The notes beneath the pieces were generated by a model that searched no databases, was not told where the DNA came from, and was given only the letters and a program-made list of their open reading frames with translations. Below are positions 57,225 through 64,000 of a stretch of DNA of 64,000 nucleotides, piece after piece; position 1 is the stretch's first letter, and every line of letters begins with the position of its first letter. The translations under genes were made by a program, and so were the position numbers. The DNA lies in the IMG/VR virus record IMGVR_UViG_3300037067_027616, positions 128,001 to 192,000 of that record, one strand, 5' to 3'. Source of the stretch: a virus. Its lineage: Duplodnaviria; Caudoviricetes.

Positions 57225-58067
57225 TCACTCTCCTCAAAGTGGTGGATATTGTAGATTGTGAAGTCGAAAACCGTGTGGTTAAAAAGGGCAAACCGCACGA
57301 AGAATTGAGGATTGTGATCCCCTTTGAACCAACTGAAGTTTACATCAGCGTTTATTACGGTAAGTCCGTCTTTGAAGGAACGGTATTGATAGAACACGCA
57401 CAAATCCATGGCGTAGTTTTTGCCAAGTTTTATACTGAATCCTGTCATGATTGTTACTCCTTATCTCCTTTGAAGAAGCCCATCTTTCTCTTCTTCGCTG
57501 GACGCCATTCCTTGAGGAAGCTTACGAATCTCACTATGGTCTCGAAGGCGATAATCACGGAAACAACAATGTTCAACGCCGTCACGAAAACATTTAGGGC
57601 GTTACCCATCCGTATACCTTGTCGACTGCCAGAAAACGACTTGGTCATAGATCTCCTGTGGTCACCACAGGAATATACCAAACTTAACGGCAAAATTACT
57701 TAAAATTTTAGCGGCACCGTGTTATTTGACACGGATTCGTAGAGATGTTTGGCACGCAGATATGCTTCACGGGATACGGGCTTGGGATTGCCAAGGCTCT
57801 CGATGAACCTCTTGGCATCCCGTCCCGTAAGGGTGGGTGTGGGTTTTGGTAGGGTTTCCAACACCTTTTTGAGTTCAAGGTTCACAGGGGTACTCCGGTA
57901 GGTTCCTTGTGGTCATGGACGCGCTGTAGCTTCACTACAGTCTCCTTGGGAAGAGAGGTGGTGTCCAGATACCCTTGGGCTATTTGACGTGCCTGGAGGT
58001 TGTCTAGGGCCTCGTAGGGGATTTTAATGACCAATTGGTATTGGTATAGTTCGAGTTTGTCGGGCAT
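57221..58067 (-). other. four small hypothetical ORFs
   Basis: Tightly packed ORFs 57221-57448, 57454-57649, 57700-57885, 57882-58067. Confidence 0.5.
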
Positions 58068-58084
58068 GTGGACACCTTTCAAAA

Positions 58085-58177
58085 TGGCGGAGGGTGAAGG
58101 ATTTGAACCTTCGGTAGAGCTTTTGGCCCTACAGACGTTTAGCAAACGCCCGCTTTAGACCTCTCAGCCAACCCTCC
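58085..58177 (-). tRNA. tRNA-Ser(GCT)
   Basis: Cloverleaf, long V-arm, CCA. Confidence 0.92.
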
Positions 58178-58180
58178 GTT

Positions 58181-58269
58181 TGGTAGGTCCGGGTGGAATT
58201 GAACCACCGTTTACCTTTCGGCCCCTTGCGTATCAGACAAGTGCTCTAACCGGGCTGAGCTACGGACCT
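58181..58269 (-). tRNA. tRNA-Ile(GAT) with atypical long variable arm
   Basis: Cloverleaf; V-arm GCC-GAAA-GGT. Confidence 0.85.
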
Positions 58270-58276
58270 GCATATA

Positions 58277-58369
58277 TGGTAGCGGGGGCAAGATTCGAAC
58301 TTGCGACCTCCGTTAGGAAGTTCTGGCTTATGAGGCCAGTGACTTAGACCTGCTCTAGTCTACCCCGCA
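58277..58369 (-). tRNA. tRNA-Met(CAT), initiator-like, long variable arm
   Basis: U1xU72 mismatch, GCGGGG acceptor, V-arm CTTCC-TAAC-GGAGG. Confidence 0.8.
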
Positions 58370-58375
58370 ATGTAT

Positions 58376-58747
58376 TCATCTCAACTCTATTTTTGCCCCG
58401 ACCTCCTCGAACCTCGTTTTGAGAGCCTCGGCCTCCGCTTTCGCGAGTCCGTCCTTTATCACCGCTCCTGGCACCGTGTTCTTGCCGGCGTCCATCAAAC
58501 TTGCTCCGGTCACCTCACGGAGTATCTTGATGACTTGGATGCGTTTTTCTCCGACCTCTGACAATACTACCGAGAACTCTGTCTGTTCCTCGACCACCGG
58601 CGCCGTGTTTACCTGTGGCACCATCGGTGTAATCACATCCGAAGCCTTCACCCCAAATTTTTCTTCAAGCGCCCGGGTGAGTTCGACAAGTTCCATCACG
58701 GTCATCGACCCGAAGGCTTCAAGCAGCTGCTCGTTTGTATAAGACAT
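58376..58747 (-). CDS. rplL: ribosomal protein bL12 (L7/L12)
   Basis: MTVMELVELTRALEEKFGV...EEQTEFSVVL...IQVIK; start MSYTN after CAGGAG RBS. Confidence 0.93.
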   Translation of the reverse strand: MSYTNEQLLEAFGSMTVMELVELTRALEEKFGVKASDVITPMVPQVNTAPVVEEQTEFSVVLSEVGEKRIQVIKILREVTGASLMDAGKNTVPGAVIKDGLAKAEAEALKTRFEEVGAKIELR

Positions 58748-58771
58748 GTCTATCTCCTGTCTTTGAATGTC

Positions 58772-58850
58772 TGGTACCGGAAGCCGGGGTCGAACCGGCG
58801 ACAGACCTGCCGTATGAGAGCAGCGCTCTACCACGCTGAGCTATTCCGGT
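58772..58850 (-). tRNA. tRNA-CAT (elongator Met or Ile2)
   Basis: Cloverleaf, CCA. Confidence 0.88.
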
Positions 58851-58857
58851 ATAACTT

Positions 58858-59226
58858 TTACTGCAAAACTTTCAGCTTGTATTTCTTCACCAATCCTTCT
58901 ATTTCTTTTTGATCCGAGTTTATCCACAAGAAATGCTCCGGACTCGTCATCGTCCTGAAACCTGTTTCCAAGTACCATTTCCAATTTTCGAAGCCCCTCC
59001 GATGGATGAACACACAAAGAGATCCAGGTAACAGCTTCATTACATCCTCAAAAGACATTTGAACAGTTTGTCTTTGATATGACTTTTTGCAATCTAACGT
59101 ATCCACCCACCAATGAAAAGATTTTTCCTTTGCCTCACGAAGAAGACTTTCCTGTCTTTTCAAAGAAAGCCTCTGAATATCGTAAAAAACATCAGGACTG
59201 TGGATCATTTTCTCCGTGCTTTCCAC
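58858..59226 (-). CDS. hypothetical protein
   Basis: ORF in operon. Confidence 0.6.
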   Translation of the reverse strand: MESTEKMIHSPDVFYDIQRLSLKRQESLLREAKEKSFHWWVDTLDCKKSYQRQTVQMSFEDVMKLLPGSLCVFIHRRGFENWKWYLETGFRTMTSPEHFLWINSDQKEIEGLVKKYKLKVLQ

Positions 59227-59462
59227 AACGGGTCAGGATCGTATGACTCCATCACCCCGTTTCTCCAATAATAACTTGTCCAAGGTTCCCATTTCCACCG
59301 ATAATCGCAGATATCCCAAGGATTGAAATATCTGCGGTACGCATTACCGTTTGGAACATCTTCCGTGTTTCTGACGATACGGTTGGCGTACCTCTTCATC
59401 CAACGCTTGCGTGCGGTACCATACCCATCGACAGTCCACGGCTCCCTGTAGGAACGTGACAT
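59205..59462 (-). CDS. small basic protein (MSRSY...ANRIVR...WDICDY)
   Basis: AAGGAG RBS; Arg/Trp-rich. Confidence 0.7.
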   Translation of the reverse strand: MSRSYREPWTVDGYGTARKRWMKRYANRIVRNTEDVPNGNAYRRYFNPWDICDYRWKWEPWTSYYWRNGVMESYDPDPLWKARRK

Positions 59463-59527
59463 GCTCCAGCTCCTTTGTTAAGGTAACTAATGCATGTGTT
59501 CCCCCTTTTCTTTTGTTTGACGTGTGT

Positions 59528-59743
59528 TCATGCCGCTTCTACCATTTCCTCACGGTACTTCCTGATGTACCGCATAAGATAAATAGCTTTGTCATCACGT
59601 AGGAAAGTGGCATTGCCCACATCGCTGATCGGTACCGGGAACAGAAAACCTGAGTCCGTTTTGTACCACAGTTCATTGTCCCTGTAGTACTGGAAGTGGG
59701 CTTTCTGCTCCTTCACCAGGTCAATCAGCTTCGGCGTGGACAC
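59528..59743 (-). CDS. hypothetical protein
   Basis: GTG start with RBS; FPVPISDVGNATF motif. Confidence 0.7.
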   Translation of the reverse strand: MSTPKLIDLVKEQKAHFQYYRDNELWYKTDSGFLFPVPISDVGNATFLRDDKAIYLMRYIRKYREEMVEAA

Positions 59744-59763
59744 CTGACACCTTCCTTTCTATT

Positions 59764-59841
59764 TGGCGGGGGTGACGAGGCTCGAACTCGCGAATCTCGA
59801 CCGTGACAGGGTCGCGTGCTAACCAGCTGCACCACACCCCC
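59764..59841 (-). tRNA. tRNA-Asp(GTC)
   Basis: Cloverleaf, G73, CCA. Confidence 0.92.
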
Positions 59842-60018
59842 GTATTTTACTTGTCCTCAACTACATCGAACCAATCTCCTGCGATCGTGTAGCAACTATG
59901 ATCCTCTTCGCGTTCCTTTGATATCTTCCTGCATTTCTCGCACTCACCCTCTGCGGTCGTGTGCACGCAGATCACTTCCTCGTACAGAGGATCCCAATTC
60001 ACGAATACCTTTGCCATG

Positions 60019-60336
60019 TTATGCTACTTCCTGCTTAAGGATATTCTCTTCAATGTACTTCTTTACCATCCTTGGTGTAACTGATATATTGCCGTACTCA
60101 GCGCAACCATAACACTCGGCACAATGCTCTTCTGTCACACCACAACGCTCTGGAGACAACTTGAAATACTCCAACGGCACTCGGTAGAACTTCTTTGTCG
60201 GAGAGTATATGCCGATTGTTCCTTTGACTCCATTTATTAGGTTGAGTAATCCTTGGAGTCCATTCACTACCCCAACTTTCCGAGTCGACCACACCCAAGC
60301 CTCTCCATTGATGTGCACTTTTCTCGGGGAACTCAT
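60019..60336 (-). CDS. hypothetical protein
   Basis: GGGAG RBS. Confidence 0.6.
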   Translation of the reverse strand: MSSPRKVHINGEAWVWSTRKVGVVNGLQGLLNLINGVKGTIGIYSPTKKFYRVPLEYFKLSPERCGVTEEHCAECYGCAEYGNISVTPRMVKKYIEENILKQEVA

Positions 60337-60359
60337 AGTGTGTCACTCCCTCTCAAATT

Positions 60360-60436
60360 TGGTGGTCCCGAACGGATTTGAACCGCTGACGCCCAGGTCT
60401 TCGGCCTGGCGCTCTACCGGGCTGAGCTACAGGACC
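60360..60436 (-). tRNA. tRNA-Phe(GAA)
   Basis: Cloverleaf; C33, G37; CCA. Confidence 0.9.
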
Positions 60437-60516
60437 ACGATATAACACGTGGCCCTTGTAGCCACGTGTTTATGTAGAGTCTGTAAATCGATCTTCCATC
60501 TCATATCTCCTAAACG

Positions 60517-60553
60517 AAAAAACCCCACCGATCCTTTTGGGCCCGGTGGGGTT
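60517..60553 (-). terminator. attenuator B terminator
   Basis: CCCCACCGG...TCGGTGGGG followed by TTTTTT; 5' arm can alternatively pair with GCCCGGTGG after the leader stop. Confidence 0.85.
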
Positions 60554-60578
60554 CAGAATGCTAACGAGTCCACCGGGC

Positions 60579-60650
60579 TTACATGGCAATATCCATGCTA
60601 TCAAAGTCGATAGCGCTGAAGATAATGCTGATGCCGATGGTAGTACGCAT
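60579..60650 (-). CDS. leader peptide B (MRTTIGISIIFSAIDFDSMDIAM)
   Basis: AAGGAG RBS after promoter; Ile/Ser(AGC)/Phe/Asp/Met-rich. Confidence 0.85.
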   Translation of the reverse strand: MRTTIGISIIFSAIDFDSMDIAM

Positions 60651-60683
60651 TGAAAGTATTGCTCCTTTTACGACGTTGGGCAT

Positions 60684-60712
60684 AATATACCACGGATTTA
60701 GAAGATTGTCAA
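60684..60712 (-). promoter_or_regulatory. sigma70 promoter of tRNA array B
   Basis: TTGACA-17-TATATT. Confidence 0.85.
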
Positions 60713-60725
60713 TAGGAATCTTATA

Positions 60726-61148
60726 TTAAGTGATCCCTGCGAGTATCTTGCCCCTCAACATGCCCTTCAAAAGGTCAACTTCACCTTCCGACTTATCCAT
60801 TGCCCTCAACCATCCAGTGACATCTTCGAGGATTAAGTCTGTTGTAGCTTCCGCCTCTATTTTATCAATGTTGTAGTCGGGATGAGCCTTCATCGCCTGA
60901 TCATAGGCCCTCTTGCCTTGGGCGCTGTCTACATACTCTTGATAGAGTTTATTCACATACTGTTGACTTTTATTCTTAAGATAGTCTGCGGTAATGAACC
61001 CTTGCGCGGTCACGGATTGGTCAATAGTATTGCTTACCACATCCAAATCATGAGCCTCTTTGATCATACCGAGGGATTCAAGATGGGAAGCTATTTTGTC
61101 GAGTTTCTTTGCGATGTCTTTCATAGGGTCATCAAAAATGATATTCAT
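60726..61148 (-). CDS. hypothetical protein with shared module
   Basis: LDKIASHLESLGMIKEAHDLDVVSNTID. Confidence 0.75.
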   Translation of the reverse strand: MNIIFDDPMKDIAKKLDKIASHLESLGMIKEAHDLDVVSNTIDQSVTAQGFITADYLKNKSQQYVNKLYQEYVDSAQGKRAYDQAMKAHPDYNIDKIEAEATTDLILEDVTGWLRAMDKSEGEVDLLKGMLRGKILAGIT

Positions 61149-62016
61149 TCAAATGTTGCAGTATGTCCGCTGCGTTCTCTTTTATTTCTTTTTCATAATC
61201 TCGTTGTGGGACCATAGATGACCTTGGGTCTTGAGAATTTTGGCTTATTGATACTACGGCTAAACCGTCCCCAATTCGTATTGTTATGGTGCTAACAACC
61301 ACAAAGCTTTCGTATAGTTTAGCTCTCCTCTGTGCCTTCGAAACTAGGTATCCTGGAGCGCCTCCTGTTGAGTCGAGAGCCATACCAACGCCAAAAGTCA
61401 TTCGACCGTATGTGCTGTCAACTACTTCCACGGATCCAACTGTTCTTCCTGGTTTCTGCTTTAGAAACTCATCAACTATTGGGTTAGAACCACCAAAAAC
61501 TTCCCCCAAAACTTGGGTTTTTGATACCTTCTTAGTTGGTGTTTCAGCTGTTGTATCTGCGGTATCTTGTTTTAAAGCCTGCCATTCTAGGCGTTCCTTT
61601 TGAATTGCGTCTTTAAACTTCCCAGCGTCTGCGGTCTGAAACACCCCCATTAAAGCTATAATGGCAAGAATGACTTTTGGGTTTGTGATTGTCTTTACAC
61701 CCCTCATCAATCCTTGTAGGTTAAAAGCCTCTTTATTAGAAGCCTGCCGTACCATTGAATTACCACCAAGTGCCCCGGCTATTTCATTGATAGCAACTTC
61801 CAATTTTCCTGGAGAGGTTTGCGCGAAATCGAGTACGATTTTGAGGGCTTCCTCTTTAGAAGGTAGTCCGGGTATTTTTGATACAATACCACGGATCCAT
61901 TGCCCCGCACCTGCCTCCAAAGTATTACTCACCACATCCAAATCGTGTGCCTCTTTGATCATCCCAAGGGACTCAAGGTGTGTGGAGAGGGAATCAAGGC
62001 GGTAAGTGATTTTCAT
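61132..62016 (-). CDS. hypothetical protein with shared module and TM segment
   Basis: LDSLSTHLESLGMIKEAHDLDVVSNTLE. Confidence 0.75.
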   Translation of the reverse strand: MKITYRLDSLSTHLESLGMIKEAHDLDVVSNTLEAGAGQWIRGIVSKIPGLPSKEEALKIVLDFAQTSPGKLEVAINEIAGALGGNSMVRQASNKEAFNLQGLMRGVKTITNPKVILAIIALMGVFQTADAGKFKDAIQKERLEWQALKQDTADTTAETPTKKVSKTQVLGEVFGGSNPIVDEFLKQKPGRTVGSVEVVDSTYGRMTFGVGMALDSTGGAPGYLVSKAQRRAKLYESFVVVSTITIRIGDGLAVVSISQNSQDPRSSMVPQRDYEKEIKENAADILQHLNEYHF

Positions 62017-62030
62017 GATATGATGCCTTA

Positions 62031-62774
62031 TTAAAACTTGGGTTTCAGTTCTTTGGCATTATCTAATGCTGTTTTGTATTCTTTGTTATCCGGATACATT
62101 TTGCAAAGCCTGTCTATAGCGTTGACAATTTGCTGTTTGTTTTCTTCCCCAAGAAAACCCCTGCCTACAATCGTGTAATAAAACCCGTGTAATACCTCTT
62201 TAGCAGGAAGGTCGCTATTATTAACATTAACTAATTCCTCATCCGTGGGATCCCTGTATGTTGTGTACGTAAATATAGAGGGTTTTTCGTTGGCTTTTTT
62301 GATCGTGCCAAGTGTTTCGGGGTGAGAAGAGTAGGGCTTTTTGTTTGCCATGACCTTATTGACTTCATCACCAAGCGTACGCGCTATTTCCGGGTATTTC
62401 TTCAAAGTAGCTACAGAGGCGCGATAGGCGCTGGAATTATCCATATCAAGAGATTCTTGTAGAAGATCCGATAGGGCTATCCGAATGTTTTCTGGCAGCA
62501 CTCTCTGGATATACGCCTCGTCAAGGAGACTGCTTGTGGCTTCGAGTGTATTACTGACGACATCCAAATCATGGGCCTCTTTGACCATCCCGAGGGACTC
62601 AAGGTGTGAGGCTATTTTATCAAGTGCAGAAGATAATTTTGCACGTAATACCTTACCGGTTTGATCAATGGTCGCACCACAATGTGGGCAGATAATTGCA
62701 CCCATGGCCACTTCAGGAGTGTTACCATAATCAACTTCTTTTCCACATCCTTGACATTTTACCTTATTAGTCAT
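62031..62774 (-). CDS. Zn-ribbon protein with shared module
   Basis: CQGC...CPHC; LDKIASHLESLGMVKEAHDLDVVSNTLE. Confidence 0.75.
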   Translation of the reverse strand: MTNKVKCQGCGKEVDYGNTPEVAMGAIICPHCGATIDQTGKVLRAKLSSALDKIASHLESLGMVKEAHDLDVVSNTLEATSSLLDEAYIQRVLPENIRIALSDLLQESLDMDNSSAYRASVATLKKYPEIARTLGDEVNKVMANKKPYSSHPETLGTIKKANEKPSIFTYTTYRDPTDEELVNVNNSDLPAKEVLHGFYYTIVGRGFLGEENKQQIVNAIDRLCKMYPDNKEYKTALDNAKELKPKF

Positions 62775-62801
62775 GTGCTTATCAATTCTCTCTTTTTGGC
62801 T

Positions 62802-63077
62802 TCAACGATCTATATCGGCTGTTACCTCACGAGACACCGCTTCTTTGAGATAAATATGAGCCACCTTGAGGGGTTTAGTTCCCTTGCTCTCACGCGCCAT
62901 TGAACGAGCAGCTTGTTCACGAGTTTTATGAGACGTTCCAATGTGAGGTTGACCCATAACAACCCATCCCACACCCCCGATACGTGTCCAACCCTTTACA
63001 ATATTACCAAGAACGACCCCATCCTCGCTCACTTCATATTCTTCTTCGTTTATTTTGTGGTACGTGAAGTTACTCAT
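62802..63077 (-). CDS. hypothetical protein
   Basis: ORF flanked by 19-bp direct repeats. Confidence 0.6.
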   Translation of the reverse strand: MSNFTYHKINEEEYEVSEDGVVLGNIVKGWTRIGGVGWVVMGQPHIGTSHKTREQAARSMARESKGTKPLKVAHIYLKEAVSREVTADIDR

Positions 63078-63108
63078 CCTACATTCCGGTTTCAGAATAT
63101 GTTTACTA

Positions 63109-63369
63109 TCAATTCTCTCTTTTTGCTTTTGCTACTTCTGATTCTAGGGACCCAAGGCGGGCAGAGTGGTTGCTGAGGCGTTCACTTAACAACGTATTTA
63201 CGTACCCCAGCGTGTCAGTGATTTTGTCCAATTTTCTGTCAAATTTCGAAAAGTATTCCAAGAACACCTTGTTGCACTTCTGCTCTTGTTGTGAAATGGC
63301 CTCTTTAAGTTGATCAGGGGTGATGTGGGATTTTCCGTTTCCGCCGCTGTTAGGTGTCTTGGAGTTCAC
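63109..63369 (-). CDS. coiled-coil hypothetical protein
   Basis: GTG start, GAGGA RBS. Confidence 0.55.
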   Translation of the reverse strand: MNSKTPNSGGNGKSHITPDQLKEAISQQEQKCNKVFLEYFSKFDRKLDKITDTLGYVNTLLSERLSNHSARLGSLESEVAKAKREN

Positions 63370-63384
63370 GGTGTCTTCCTCAAG

Positions 63385-63939
63385 TTAGTTGGACGGTTGG
63401 TTGCCCGATTCAATGGTGTTACTCACCACATCGAGGTCATGAGCCTCTTTGACCATCCCGATGGACTCAAGGCGGTCAGCAATTTTGTCTAAAGCAAACG
63501 GCACTGAAGCTTCTTTTGTTTTTACACCCAATGACTTAAGCATTTCTATCCGCTTTGAGTCAGTGACGTTCATTGGAGACAGAGGGGTGTATGTGAACGT
63601 AATATCGAACCTGTCGAGAGGATCCTCAACAGAGCCTGCGCCGTGTGCCTTTATCTGTGCAGGAACAACGCGTTGTACGCCTGCAGGGGTGACAAAAACT
63701 CCTAGGAAATTCCAAATCTTCGATTTGTTTGGCATCTCATTGTCGTAGAAGGATTCCACGAGACTGAATGTAGGAAGGATATCTTTGAGTTCCTTCATCA
63801 TCTTTTGGATGGGCGCCCAAGACGTGTCGTCCTTGTAAAAGTCGTGCGTGTACTTGTCGGAAATGCGACCAAAAGCGGACTTCAACTTTGCATCGGTCAT
63901 TACCGGGAGGGATTCAGTCTGCACACCGGATTCATTCAT
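63385..63939 (-). CDS. hypothetical protein with C-terminal shared module
   Basis: LDKIADRLESIGMVKEAHDLDVVSNTIE. Confidence 0.75.
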   Translation of the reverse strand: MNESGVQTESLPVMTDAKLKSAFGRISDKYTHDFYKDDTSWAPIQKMMKELKDILPTFSLVESFYDNEMPNKSKIWNFLGVFVTPAGVQRVVPAQIKAHGAGSVEDPLDRFDITFTYTPLSPMNVTDSKRIEMLKSLGVKTKEASVPFALDKIADRLESIGMVKEAHDLDVVSNTIESGNQPSN

Positions 63940-64000
63940 ACTATCCTCTATTTCTTAACAGGGTGCTTCACAACCCTCACCGGAGCCGAAGTACGAACGA

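Overview
This is a segment of a large (jumbo-type) tailed-phage genome using the standard genetic code. From 1 to 9.6 kb lie leftward early genes driven by near-consensus sigma70 promoters, including a CobS/CobT-like AAA+/VWA pair and a radical SAM gene. A repeat-rich, skew-switching non-coding junction follows (~9.6-10.2 kb), then an array of tiny ORFs carrying attC-like inverted repeats (~12-16 kb) and a two-frame overlapping C5 methyltransferase. Large Lys/Glu-rich proteins sharing short modules, probably virion-internal, lie at 19.7-38.4 kb and 60.7-64 kb. From 36.6 to 60.7 kb is a translation-support island: CCA-adding enzyme, KamA, PNKP, HNH-RNA ligase, a CoaD-CoaE fusion, NAD salvage genes, HPr, bS21, bL12 and 26 tRNA genes. 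The main finding is that each of the two tRNA arrays sits behind a sigma70 promoter, a short leader ORF and a mutually exclusive antiterminator/terminator. The codons of each leader match the anticodons of the tRNAs downstream: 20 of 20 tRNAs for array A, and 16 of 19 core leader codons for array B. This suggests ribosome-stalling attenuators that switch on replacement tRNAs when host tRNAs fail. Array A also contains a ~206-nt minimal RNase P-like RNA, three circularly permuted tRNA (Y-RNA-like) elements and another unexplained structured RNA. All calls were made by eye; no database searches were run.
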